A stretch of 63,212 nucleotides of DNA, filler included. It is 10 parts of 10 records of this genome, joined end to end, with 100 filler letters (N's around TTAATTAATTAA, not from the genome) between each part and the next. Parts side by side here need not be neighbours in the genome. Positions count along the whole stretch, not along the records: positions 8,966 to 18,718 come from SRR20825015_21; positions 18,819 to 21,514 come from SRR20825015_32; positions 21,615 to 28,072 come from SRR20825015_36; 7 more parts are not named here. One strand, written 5' to 3'. How positions within the stretch are numbered: position 1 is the stretch's first letter; the number at the start of each line of letters is the position of its first letter. The position numbers and the translations under genes were made by a program. Positions 11,926-24,722 of the stretch are shown here, piece by piece. The notes beneath the pieces were generated by a model, which was given only the letters and a program-made list of their open reading frames with translations, did no database searches and was not told the origin of the DNA.

Positions 11926-14900
11926 ATGGCCAAACGCAGAGCGGAGTTCTTCAAAGGCTTGGAAGCCAACGATCCGTCGGCTATCACTTCCCTAGCAAAC
12001 AAGCACGTATGTCAAACGTTTGTTTCTTATTCACTTCGATGTGTCTAAAGGAATTTTGCTTTCAGTTTTCCAGGGCAGACGCGTTTGACTTGACCGAGTT
12101 CGTCCAACACATCCCGAAAAAAGACTTCAACCGCCTTTGGGATTCCATTTCAGCGATTGCACAGGGCGCATTGTCACTTCCTTCACTTCTCAGTCAAGAG
12201 GAAGAAATTCAAGGATCGCAGGAAGAGATCAATGAGAAGATCGGGGTCCTGCGCGCCTCTACCTTGTTCGCAAGGACCTACATAGCGGACCCCAAGAACC
12301 CGACCACTGACTCTCTCTTCTTCGTGGTCAAGTCCCTTCACGGTGAGCAACGCGACATTTGACTGTTGTGTACGACTAAACCGCCCTCCCAACCACCTCC
12401 TTTTTCAAAGACACCCTCACCTTCCTTGGACACGAATCCACTGCCACTCTGTCCAACGAAATTTGTTTGTTGTGCGAGAAGTGGTGGGCTCAAAACCGAA
12501 CCAACAAGAATGAAATTGCCGCATGCACAATGCTTGTGCTGACGTGCAAGGCACTCCAAGGCAGTGCTACTGGTGAGTAGAATTGGTTGGTGCCCATCAT
12601 TTGTGACTGACTCGTACCGATCAGATGTTGCCCGGCTCTACGCCTTCAGAGAGGCCCTCGCTCTCCTCGACATGGATTCCGAGGAGTAAGACTCTACACC
12701 CATCAATTCCTCCGGTATTGCTGCTCACGCTCACTTTCATCTAGTTCCTCCAACATGAGAGATTTGTTGTTGCACTGCGCTATCAATCCGACCTTCCTTA
12801 AACGCGACGACGGCCGAAAATTTATTGTCTTCTTGTTCTCACTTGATGGTCCATTCATCGATGATCTCCACGAGGCTCTTAAGAATCACGTAGGACCGCA
12901 TAAAAGTTGCTGCGTTGGACCACTATGAACAGTTGTTCACTCACACTCTCCATAGATGCCGTATTTCTCGAGATCTCTTCATGAAGCTGTTGGTGAGGTG
13001 TACTTGAAGGCGTGGAGGGCAGCATCTGGATCCTTGTTGCACAAGATTGGTAAGGCATGGATGGACTCGTGACCTCCAATCGCTGGTACACTCACATTCT
13101 TGTCTGCAGAGACGAGTTGTATCCAGGATTTCATGCACCACGCCATCCACTCGTCAAACCCCTCTCTGTTCAAGGGGCTTCGACTCATTCTCGACGCGTT
13201 CCACTCTGAGAAGAAGTCAAAGGGCGTTGATGAGATGTTATCCAGGCTCTACGGGCCCATTCTCTGGCGCTCTATGAAGGTGGCCAATCCAACCGGTATA
13301 GACCTTTCCGAAAAAAAAAACACACACACACACACTTCGGACTTCCCCGTCAATAACAATGTGCCTCCCCACAGTCCGCAAGCAGGCCGCGACAGTGTTC
13401 ATGGACGCCTTCCCTGTTCAAGACTTGGAAGCCCCGAGCAGAGTTGTAGACGAAGAAATGCAGAAGCAGCTCAACTGTCTTCAGAGTCTGCTAACCGACA
13501 AGGCTCCCGTCGTTCGTGTCGTCGGAGTCCAGGCCGTGTGCCGCGTCCTTGCCGTCTATTGGGAGCTGATTCCTCAGTCCGTCATCACATCTTTCATCAT
13601 GTCGCTTGTCAACGAAATGGCTCACGATGCGAGGTAGGGATGTTGCCTCACCCTCACCCGCATGTGCTGCACAATTTTTTGTAGTCTCCTCCTCGTTGGG
13701 GTCCTCCCACATCATGCTCATTCTGACCTTGTTCGGTGTTTGCAGTTCGAGTGCAGTGCGTACAGCAGTTTTCCAAGGACTTTCAGTCCTTCTCGACAAT
13801 CATTTGAGCCACTCAATCCTCAAACCGGCTCTCCCCAAGCTTGGGTGTTTGATCGACGACTCTGCAGACCAAGTTCGCAATGCCCTTGTCAACCTCCTTA
13901 TCACAGTGAAACCAATCAAGGCGATTCGGTTCTTCGATATTGTTCCCCTCGAGTCGCTGCTGAAGAGAATGGAAGTTGACAGTGGCGCCACCACTAAGCG
14001 TATTACGAAGCTTCTCCTCAACTCGTTCTTCCCATACGACGCCGACTCAGCCACTCAGCTGACGCGATGCATCTCCATGCTCAAGATGAACACCGATGCT
14101 GCCAAACTATTCTTCTCACAAGTCCATCTGTACTCCCCTCTCGGATCTGTGTGCAAGTTGATTGTGGCTGTCTACAGGGGCCTCTGCCAGGCGGCTGATA
14201 CTCCCTCAGCTCTTGAAACTTCCTCCCTTCCCAGCAAGAGAACCAAGAGAAAGGCCAGAGATGTTGAGCAGGAGGAATGTCTCGTCGGGGGAGTGGATGG
14301 TAAGATTGATGAGGATGAGGAAGTAACACTCATGGCTACGCCTCTCACTCTAACATGCGTCGGTCTTGCAGGTTTGAACGTGAGTGACACAGCGCTTGTG
14401 ACTGACCTCTTCGAGATCATGGCCGTTGCCTGGCAGTCCATCTCACACAAGGTCAACAGTCAGAACGCCGCCAACAAACCCCTCTACGAGGTGAGCTTTC
14501 GAATCTTTTCAAGGTCCCTTTCTGTTAATTTCTGACATCTCCATCCCCCAGTACCTTGTGAAGCACTTCTCACTCAAGGGAAAGCTTGTTGACGAGCTCG
14601 TTGATGCATTGAACCTCGAGTCAGCAGAGATCAGATCTGCGGTCTTGACCATCTCCTCTCACTTGCCTTTCCCCGGAACGAAGGCTTCCAACTCCACCAA
14701 GCTTCTCTCACAGTTGCAGCAGTTTGAAGGAGCGGTCCCAGTGGATGAGTTTGGTCATATAATTGACTGTTTGTGCGACTGGAAGCTCCAGGACAAGGTG
14801 ATGGATCATATCACGACTTCCATCGAGGCTCTTGTCGGAGATGTCGCTTCCAAGCCCGCCGGTAAGCCCAAGAAGAGAACCAGGGAATCCAGCTCATCCC

Positions 14901-16299
14901 CCGCAGAGAGGCATGCCATTGCCTCACTCCAATTCCTAAACTACATTTTGGTACGTTCTACTTGTATCTATTTCCAACTTCTGACCTCCGCGTGTTGACA
15001 GGCCAAGGAGAAGATCCGTGACATCGTCGGCATCGATTCCACGAGTATGGAGCGCGTCGTCGCCTGCTTGAAGGAGGTGTTGGAATGCATGAAGAGCAAA
15101 CTGAGTGACGAGTCGTCTCTCCAGCACATATCTGGTGACTTCTTCTTGGCCGCTCTCATGTGTTACTTGAAGGTCCTTTTGTACTCAGTTGTCGCTGCGA
15201 ATCCAGAGGTAAGGATCCAGGTGATAGAGTGAAGCAGGTCAAATTAACTAACCCACCGTTACTTCTCTCGTTCAGGATCGTGACAAGACACGGCATCCTC
15301 CCATCATTGGAGAATTCCTTCATTGGGTGGCTGATGCCGTTGTCCCCGCCGTTAAGATCCACGGTACGCCCACTGGAAACGACCTCATGTCACCTCCTGC
15401 TGTTCGCAGCAAATCGAAAACGTCGAAGAAATCCACTCCGTTCTCGCTGTTGAGCCACACCTTGGAGTTGGTGATCGCATTCTCCACTGAGCTTGTGACT
15501 CTTGACATGAGCACTGAGGAGACTTCAAGCAATATGGTCACCTTTGTCAAGTCTCTTTTGACCGTTGCTGGTGAGTTTTGGGACCCTCTTTGCATAGAAA
15601 ACCTTTTCCATTACTGACAGTCTTGCGCGATCTATCAGGTGACACGTTGCGAAAGAACGTCATGCCATACCTCTCCAAGCTCATCTTCCAGCTTGTGGAC
15701 AGTGGAGACACTCCGAGTGCAGCCGCATTGTTGGATGCCGTACTCGACAAGGTGGAGCCCCAAGAAACGCAAGCCTTGAAGCCACTTCTCGCGGAGGTGT
15801 TCTCCTCCTCGCGGGTGCTCTCCGTCCTTTCGATGATGGAAAATTTCGTCAATAAGATGGTGGTTGCTCAGATGGACGATGTATGTGTATACCCCGAACC
15901 GGTGAAACATTCACTTCTCCTCGTTCTGACTCCAAATCCTCCCAATAGACCATCGAAGAGGACATCCACCCGCTCTGCACCGTCATGATCCAAGCAGTTG
16001 TGAAGTCTCCCCATAGCACCTCCATCCTCTTGAAGGAGTTCATCGGACATCTCCATAAGTGCACCCAGAAAGAGGGCTTGTCAGCTCTCCAACTCATCCA
16101 GGCTTTCAATGAGGCGAAGGATGGTGTGATTAGCACTTTCGGATACCAAGATGAATTGAGAAGCGCCACAAGGAAACTGCAAGTGCGTCTCATCGAAGAG
16201 CGATCTGCCGCCCCGATAGACGGTAAGCGGACCCCACGCCGTGCCACGGGTGACGAAAGGAGGATGGACAAAATCATCCAGAGTCTCGTATCCGCCTAG
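11926..16299 (+). CDS. NCAPG2: Condensin II complex subunit G2, multi-exon
   Basis: GVDEMLSRLYGPILWRSMKVANP/VRKQAATVFMDAFP, VRVVGVQAVCRVLAVYWELIP and LLDNHLSHSILKPALPKLG are diagnostic CAP-G2 motifs. Confidence 0.9.
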
Positions 16300-16638
16300 A
16301 TGCCCACGCCATCCCCTCTATTTCAGCCGTGTAAGATTCCACCCAAACACAACAACAATATGCCCTACAATAAATAGCCAAATTTTCATTGAAACACGCT
16401 AGATGTGATCCTAATGAACAGGACCTTGCCGCGAAGGTAACAGGAGCTCCAACACGAAGCTCTAGTTTAGCCTTCTCAACTTGCCGAACAAGTACAAGTG
16501 CGTGTCGAACCCGTCGCAGAATCGGAACGACACGTTCAAACAAGTCCACGCAAGTGATATCCCAGCGTAGCAGACGCGAACTCAACAAAGGTAGATAATT
16601 TTTCGCACACAGAAGCGTGGACTGTGCGTGGTCACTCA

Positions 16639-17219
16639 CTATGTAGTCACTGAGTTTTCCAGGTCCTCCATCTCGTAGCTAACCCAGATGAGACAGCAGA
16701 CGCCAAGAGTGTGAGCAACAAACAACAGAGCAGCTGGTGGCCTTCTCCAGTAGAACAGGTATATAGTCGGCAAGCACACGAGGAGGAGGAAGATGGCGAC
16801 TATTCCAGCACCTCCAAAATTGTGGCTCCCGAAGAAAACATCTGACCATATCGCTGTGAGGCCAAGCTGCCGGGACGGACAACACAGCATTAGAGGAGAG
16901 GATGTGAAGGGGCTCATTCGATAGGACCAACCTGGATGAAGAAAGGAACGAGGACGCGAGCTTCTCCGATCATTCCTCTCTTTTGCCAAATCAACCAGAC
17001 GGCAACACCTTGCACGAAACTGTCAAAGCCCCACACCACCAACGGGAACCAGGTGGGGATAGTGAGCAGGAAAGAGCTCTTGTTTTCTTCAACCCTTTCA
17101 GCCGACCATTGTGTCCACCAACTCTGCAGTGTGTCTCTGTTGGCAACTGGGGATGTCATGCCGACAGCAAAGGGCAGCGTGCACCAGAATATAAGCCCTA
17201 GGAGAATGTAACGCGACAT
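16639..17219 (-). CDS. TspO/MBR-family membrane protein (divergent)
   Basis: Exons 17219-16932 and 16866-16639 give 171 aa with five hydrophobic segments. PTWFPLVVW..GVAVWLIW and FFIQLGLTAIWSDVFFG are TSPO-like. Confidence 0.75.
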
Positions 17220-17612
17220 GGTGTATGTGTTCTTTTCCTCCGGCTTTTTCTCATTGATACGACCTTCATCAAGCGCAACCGAGTGGTAACTCCTTTGACG
17301 AGCTACAAAAGCAACGCCGTTAGATATGAAAGAACAGGAATCTAAGCTATAAGGCGCTGAAAGACAAGCACGAACTTACGAACGAATTGAAGCATCGCGA
17401 CCAAAAACGGAAACCAGTAGTCTTCTTTGAACCCGTAACACGAAATCACTATAACCAATCACATGCCTTCACAAAGGTAACACAAATATTGCTGCCTCTG
17501 GTCTGGTCGACACTAGTTCGTCTTTGAGGAAAAAGTGGAATTTTGCTCTCTGTCACACCACCCAACAACTGCCACTGCACGCCTGGTGGCGAGGAGAAGA
17601 GACATTCTGAAG

Positions 17613-18625
17613 ATGGCTAGAAATACCCGCTTGGTTCTTCTCATCTTCTGCGTCACATCTTGGTGGTATGTAGCTTTGAGACGTTCTTGACTTAATCATC
17701 TCACGCCTCATGATTACTTGGTCTAGGACCGAGTCACAGGGACAAGCATGCGGTGCAGGGAAGTACTACCGCGAAGATGCAGAGGAGTGTGTGCGATGCC
17801 AAGCTGGCAGATACCGAGAGCAGAACAATCACTCATTCACGCGTTGTCTTGATTGTGACCTGGGTTTCGCAGAGAACAGCGGTGGAGCCATTCAGTGCGA
17901 GCCCTGCCCAGTGGGGCTCTATGCACCCTCTCCCGGTTTGCTAAACTGCGAAGTATGCCCGAACCCTATGACGACTAGCGCTCCAGGTTCGAGTGTGTGC
18001 AGTGAGAAGTGCCCTACCGGAAAAGCGAGTTTTCGAGATCTGGAGGCATGCTCAACTTGCTTACCTGGCCTCTACAGCGATGAAGTTGGTCTGTCCGAGT
18101 GCAAACAGTGCCCGTCTGGAACATTCCAGGACGCAGAGGGACAGACTTACTGCATGAGCTGCCTTGACGGGTTGTCTAGTCTTGTTCAGGCGACTGAGTG
18201 CAATCCATGCCCGGAGGGTTCCTATTGCCAAGGTGGAAAAGATTTGCTTTGTACCCAAGGAAAATATCAAGATTTGACTGGTCAATCTGTCTGCAAATCG
18301 TGCCCCATTGGAAAATTCAACAGCTTGATAGGGAGTTCGATATGCGAAAACTGTCAAATTGGTCGATACTTGGATGTAGAAGGACAAATAGAGTGCAAAA
18401 AGTGCGGGGTGGGCACTTATGCAGCCAATACGGGAACAACTGTGTGCACGACTTGCGCTGCGGGCCTAGAAGCAAGGAATGTGGGCCAGACTGTGTGTAC
18501 TGATTGTCGACCTGGGCGGTATAACGACGGTGTGAGTGAATTATCACGCTCCGAGTGCGCCCTGTGTCCCCTAGACACAAAAATGCCCGACACAGGAGCC
18601 AGTGCATGCATACCTTGCGAAGAGG
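17613..18625 (+). CDS. Secreted/surface cysteine-rich repeat protein (ephrin-receptor-like/GCC2-GCC3 repeats), 3' partial
   Basis: A signal-peptide exon (MARNTRLVLLIFCVTSW) splices to ORF 17710-18633, which has many CxxCxxGxY/F repeats. Donor GTATG at 18626. Confidence 0.85.
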
Positions 18626-18718
18626 GTATGTAGCGACACATTTGATGTTTGCCTTCCATCCGCTTGCCTACTCCTGCTCCTTTTTCGATCTCTTTCTCTC
18701 TTTCTTTCTTTCTTTCTT

Positions 18719-18818
18719 NNNNNNNNNNNNNNNNNNNNNNNNNNNNNNNNNNNNNNNNNNNNTTAATTAATTAANNNNNNNNNNNNNNNNNNNNNNNNNN
18801 NNNNNNNNNNNNNNNNNN
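18719..18818. other. Artificial contig linker 3
   Basis: N44-TTAATTAATTAA-N44. Confidence 0.99.
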
Positions 18819-19325
18819 GGGGAACTGTGCGACCGCGGTGCTGAACGACTTGATAACCAGATGAGGCATGTATGAAGACTTGATCTATAGATTATAAATT
18901 AAATAATAAAGGGGGAAATATGACAATCAGAACACGCTATCACCTTTAAACACAAACAAATGAACATGTTTAAATTGAAGTTTTAAATGTATTAGTTGAG
19001 CATGACATTTCTGATCGTGTTGGCTAGAAATGTGCGGAGGGGATCGGACAACAACAGTTGTTGCAAACCGTGTAAAATCTACATCGTCATGTGTGCTCTA
19101 CTCGCTCATCGAAACCACCCTCCTCTCCTCCCCGTGCCTCCCTCTCTCACAAAACAACAAACTCGCATCGATAACTCCAGAAATACCAAGGACAACAACT
19201 TGTCTCGTTAGGGGGTTAATGCCCTACGATATTGTTCCTTCCAGATTTCCTCATCCTCTTCTTTTTACGTGTGCATGTACTCATCATTTTTTCGTAATGG
19301 TGTGCTCCTCCTGGCGAGGAGTTGT

Positions 19326-20582
19326 TTAACGGCGATGGATGGAGCGATCGGCCTCCACATCGGCCTTGTTGACGATGGGCCAGGAGTCGATCTGGTTGAG
19401 GAAGGGGAGGGCGACGAATACCTTATCGCGGTACCTCTTATGCTGCTCGATGGGGTTACGCTCGAGGTACACAACAGTCAGTGACTTCTCGAACTGCTTG
19501 AACTTATCCACCTCGGACCACTCATCGACACGACCATCGGTCAGCCAGAACTCCTCGAGCTCAGGCATGTTCTTCACATTGATCTGCTCGTCGTTGATGG
19601 CCTTGACGGGGTTCATGCTGTAGTCGATGAGGTGCATCTTGGGAAGGTACTGCACGTTCTCGATACTAGTGAGCCCGTTCTCACTGAAGTAGAGCTCCTC
19701 GAGGTTAGGGTTGGCGCCCTTGGGGAAATTCTCAGGGTTGATAGAGATCAAACGGTTAGCCTGGAGGCCAAGACGGCGGAGGTTCTTGAGCTTATTGAGG
19801 GAGGTGCTGAGGTCGTTAATCTTGTTCTTCCCAAGCCAAAGCTCCTCAAGGTTTCCGAGCTTATCGAGGCTGTCTCCGACACCACGGATCTTGTTTCCTC
19901 CAAGCTCGAGGAGACGGAGGTTGTGGAGCTTGTCCACACCCTTGACCTCCTTGATGCGGTTCTCGATGAGGTATAGCTCGCATAGAGTGTCGCCCAGGCA
20001 ATCAAGATTCTCAATGTTCTTAATCTGATTGTAGCTAAGATCAAGCTTCATCAACGACTTGAAGTTGGCGAAGAAGCCGGCAGGGATCTTGCGGATCTTG
20101 TTATCGAAAAGGTCAAGGATGACGAGGTTGTTGGCCAGCATGTCGGGGAAGTTGGGGGCAAGCTCGTGGATAAGGTTCTTACGGACCTCAAGGTGAATGC
20201 AGGCAGTGCACTTCTCCAACTGCAGCTCGTCGAAAGAGAATAGACGAATGTTGTTGATCTGAATCTCCTCATCGGCACAGTTAATGTGAAGGATCTCGGC
20301 CTCCTCGTTCTCGGAGCGCTTAGGCTTGGTGGGGGCGGGGAGATCGTCATCATCGTCGACGTCGGTAGTAGCGGCGTTGAGCTGGGCCTGGGTGGGCTTC
20401 GTCTGATCCGGGGGCTGATGAGACTCGGAGGCAATCGCCTCAGCAAACATCCTAGTCATGGCGGTCTTATCTACTGACTTCTTGACAGCGGAGGGGGCAG
20501 CCACGACGGGGGTCTCCTCGGCGGGGGACTCGGCGACCTCGTCAACCTTAACCGGGGGAGTGTTGTTGTCGGGAGTGCTCAT
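19326..20582 (-). CDS. SDS22: Protein phosphatase 1 regulatory subunit 7 / SDS22-like LRR protein (intronless)
   Basis: SDS22-type LRRs (LRLLELGGNKIR, LEELWLGKNKI) and LRR cap VYLERNPIEQHKRYRDKV..LNQIDS. Likely start MSTPDNN at 20582, just after an AG acceptor. Confidence 0.88.
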   Translation of the reverse strand: MSTPDNNTPPVKVDEVAESPAEETPVVAAPSAVKKSVDKTAMTRMFAEAIASESHQPPDQTKPTQAQLNAATTDVDDDDDLPAPTKPKRSENEEAEILHINCADEEIQINNIRLFSFDELQLEKCTACIHLEVRKNLIHELAPNFPDMLANNLVILDLFDNKIRKIPAGFFANFKSLMKLDLSYNQIKNIENLDCLGDTLCELYLIENRIKEVKGVDKLHNLRLLELGGNKIRGVGDSLDKLGNLEELWLGKNKINDLSTSLNKLKNLRRLGLQANRLISINPENFPKGANPNLEELYFSENGLTSIENVQYLPKMHLIDYSMNPVKAINDEQINVKNMPELEEFWLTDGRVDEWSEVDKFKQFEKSLTVVYLERNPIEQHKRYRDKVFVALPFLNQIDSWPIVNKADVEADRSIHRR

Positions 20583-20598
20583 TGGGAGTGTGTGTAAA

Positions 20599-20640
20599 CT
20601 AACAAACGTAAAAGGGAAGGGAGGGGATGGAGGAAATAGT
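20599..20640 (-). promoter_or_regulatory. Polypyrimidine tract + AG, probable spliced-leader trans-splice acceptor
   Basis: Minus strand reads TTTCCTCCATCCCCTCCCTTCCCTTTTACGTTTGTTAG, ending 16 nt before the ATG. The gene is intronless and co-oriented with its upstream neighbour. Confidence 0.55.
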
Positions 20641-21251
20641 TTAAGTGTGTACAGCATGGCTTAAAGGTTTGAACAACACGGCGTCCAATCTCATTTCACA
20701 CATACACAATGTCCAGCCATAAAGGTAGGAGGTTGGTACGTATGATACTTGATATAGACGACGTAGATAGAACAACAGTGGTAATGGCAGTATTTTAGTA
20801 GTGACTTTCAGGAGTCTAAGTACAGGCATGAATTTGACGGGTTGATTGTGTGTGTGTTTTTTTTTGTGATGGAGGCGGTCCTTCCAATTCGGCATGACAT
20901 GGTGTTGTAATTGTCATGCAGCTTAACTGAAGGGAACACTCTCATAAGCACGTTGAGGTGTGTAGTGGTGGTGGTGGTGGTTGTTGTTGGGGGGTAGGTC
21001 CACAAACGATACTCCTACTACCCTGTGTGGGAGGGGTGTAGAGGTAGTAAGTAAGTGGGGACTACTCTATATGCAATGTTTAGGTGGTGGTTGGATACAC
21101 GTATAGTTGGTGGGTGGTGGTGGTTGGTACGAAGGGGGAGATGTACCGATGTTGGGTGGGTGTGAGTGGGGGGTTTTCTACTCCAATGTGTAAACAGCTC
21201 ATTGCTCTATGATTGGTGTCGCTTTCAACGTGTGTTGTGTTGGGGTTGGTA

Positions 21252-21512
21252 TTAGGCGGACACGGGGAGGGGCTGGCTGGAAAGCTCGGTCTTGAAGATG
21301 TTGATCTCGGCAAAGGGCTGGGCCTGCTGGATATCAACGAAGCCGTGGGAGGCCAGAGCGAGGGTATCCACAAACATGCGAGCCACCTCAATGCGACGCT
21401 TACCCTTGGCAGCGGTAGAGAAGGAGGTAGAGGCATTCTTACCCTTGAAGTTGGAGCGGAGGTGCTCGAGGGTAGCGATGGCGCTAGCACTGAACTTATC
21501 CTTGCTCTCTCC
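21252..21512 (-). CDS. RAD21: RAD21/SCC1 kleisin C-terminal winged-helix domain (5' partial)
   Basis: A frame missing from the ORF track reads ..KGKRRIEVARMFVDTLALASHGFVDIQQAQPFAEINIFKT..*, matching the Rad21/Rec8 C-terminal pattern (A..F...L.L.....I.Q..PY.DI). Confidence 0.8.
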   Translation of the reverse strand, partial: GESKDKFSASAIATLEHLRSNFKGKNASTSFSTAAKGKRRIEVARMFVDTLALASHGFVDIQQAQPFAEINIFKTELSSQPLPVSA

Positions 21513-21514
21513 AT

Positions 21515-21614
21515 NNNNNNNNNNNNNNNNNNNNNNNNNNNNNNNNNNNNNNNNNNNNTTAATTAATTAANNNNNNNNNNNNNNNNNNNNNNNNNNNNNN
21601 NNNNNNNNNNNNNN
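21515..21614. other. Artificial contig linker 4
   Basis: N44-TTAATTAATTAA-N44. Confidence 0.99.
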
Positions 21615-21655
21615 AAAAAAAAACACACACACACACACACACAAGTTTTGCCTAC

Positions 21656-23412
21656 TTCGTCAATGAAAATTACAGCGGGCTGAAAATGTCTTGCAACAGC
21701 GAAAAGAGTCCGGACCATCTTTTCTCCCTCACCGATCCACTTTGAAGTGAGTGAACTTGCCGAGATGCTGAAGAATTTGGCGCCAGATTCAGTCGCAATG
21801 GCTTTACCGATTAGTGTTTTGCCAGTGCCCTGGTGTTAGGTCGGAAGGGGAGACTGTCAGCGTCTGTTAATCGCAACGGCCCGTTGACTAACCGGTGGTC
21901 CAAACAACAGGAGACCTTTGGGGGGACCACGCAGACCCGTGAAGATATCCGGGCGAAGCATTGGCCATACCACAATCTCCATGACGCACTTTTTTGCAAA
22001 TTCGAGTCCAGCTAGATGGAGCATGTGAATGGTTTTCTTTTTCTTTTTCTTTTTCGTTTGGTTTTTGTCGTTTTGTTGTTTGGTTGTTTGGTTGTTTTGT
22101 CTTGGGGCTTGGAGGCTCACGGGACTCGCGCGAGAAATGTGGGAGGTACACAACCTACCAATGTCATTCCACCCGATCCCCGGCTTAGAGTCCAGCATGT
22201 CTTGGAGGACAGTTTCCACAAGCTTAGGGTCAGTACCTGGGATTTCCAACTGATCCTCGTCGGCGCCAAACGTAGTTCTGGTGATGTCTGACGTGAGCAG
22301 GGACTCGGCGAGTTAGAGGAGTGGCAATACGCCTCACCCTGGTCTTGACGAAATATTGGGTCCTTTCTGCTGCTGTTGCTTCGAGAGGAGTGGCGAAACA
22401 AAAGGCTTTTGAACTCCTCTCCCTCCACCGCGCTGCAGCTGTCCCCCTCTGTACTGTTGTTGTCGCCGAGGATGTTGGTTGTTGGAGTCCCCTGCAGTCA
22501 GTGAGAACAGTTAGTGAGGAATGATGGGGCACATAGGTCTTTACCCCTGGAAGACTGAGAACTCCCAAGGTGACCACCTTTCCGTTTCATCTCTACCGCC
22601 TATGCAACTGCAATGAGAAAGACACGCCTGAGATATTTGGGTCAGGACTCACATATTTTTCCCTCGCAGACATGAATGGGTTTGACGGCTCCGGCTGCTC
22701 TTCCATAGAAATGTCACAATCGATATTCTGGAAGTTGCTGTTCAATGCGTTGTCAGCGTCCGAAAACGAATAAAGTTCTTCTCTCGACACAGTTTGTCTT
22801 TTCATGGGTGGTCGGAGGTTGGCAAAGTCGTGTTGTCCCTGGCGGTTGTGCGAACCAAAGGATCAAGTGAGAAAACAGCGGACAACAAGATTAGTCTTTC
22901 AGCACCAAGCACCAAGCAACAACCAACAACCAACAAGCACCACCATCCGCTCACCGTAATTCCTCGCTTGCCCGGCTGGTTTCCCAAGCTGTCGGTACTG
23001 ATTTGACGGGTGGAGCTGGTGTTGACTGAGTGACGAGGTTGTGGGGGTGATGGTAGGTCGTGTTTGAGCAGCGAGGACTCGAGCTCTGTCCAGGGGATGT
23101 GTCCAAAGATGTCTTTGGCATCCTCAAATGTCATAGCATCTGAGCAATCTTGGTTGTAAGTTCAGACACGAGAAGCGCTTGTTTGAGTGGGAGGCAACTA
23201 CCTGGTCCGAACTCTCTGAGACGTAGAGCAGCCACTACTGATTTGGCTGAGTCATTGTGTGTCACTCCAGACATTAGGGACGCGTCTTCTATGGATAACC
23301 CTTTGTTTCGCAAGACGTATTGCAAACAACACCGCCCAGAGAAACTTGACTCGGCATTTCGACTGTTCTGATGCATGTCATGGATGGCGAGCATCACATC
23401 ACTTCCCGCCAT
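21656..23412 (-). CDS. FIGNL1: Fidgetin-like 1 AAA ATPase (3' partial), multi-exon
   Basis: [87 protein letters not shown]. Confidence 0.9.
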
Positions 23413-23500
23413 CCTTGACCTTGCGATAATCGATGAAAACCCCAGATGTAACATATGTAACACAAAAATCTTTTCCACTCTTCAGTTCGCGTTCAACGAG

Positions 23501-24479
<979 letters not shown>

Positions 24480-24722
24480 ATCATAAACTTTACATTCTAC
24501 GAATCTTGTTTTTTACTTTCTTCTGGGCGAGGTACCGACTATGATGACTGCCACTCGACTCCCGAATACAGAAGCTCTAAACAAAGGCGTGGTCACAATG
24601 AATGGGATTTATTCGACTCTGTGGATAATAGATTGGCTCGAGGTCTGACATACATCTATCCGACACAGCCACGCATTGTCCGCTCGCTGCTATCGTCCTA
24701 TCGGAGAGCGAGGTTTCTGGAG

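Noticed and set aside
9185-16299. Fragmented ORFs as pseudogenes or stop-codon reassignment
   Set aside because: The breaks I traced are explained by GT-AG introns with branch sites, and TAA, TAG and TGA all serve as true terminators in conserved genes.
21080-21514. Track ORF MERARISSVLAPS (144 aa)
   Set aside because: Wrong frame. The overlapping frame 21512-21252 encodes the RAD21 C-terminal domain.
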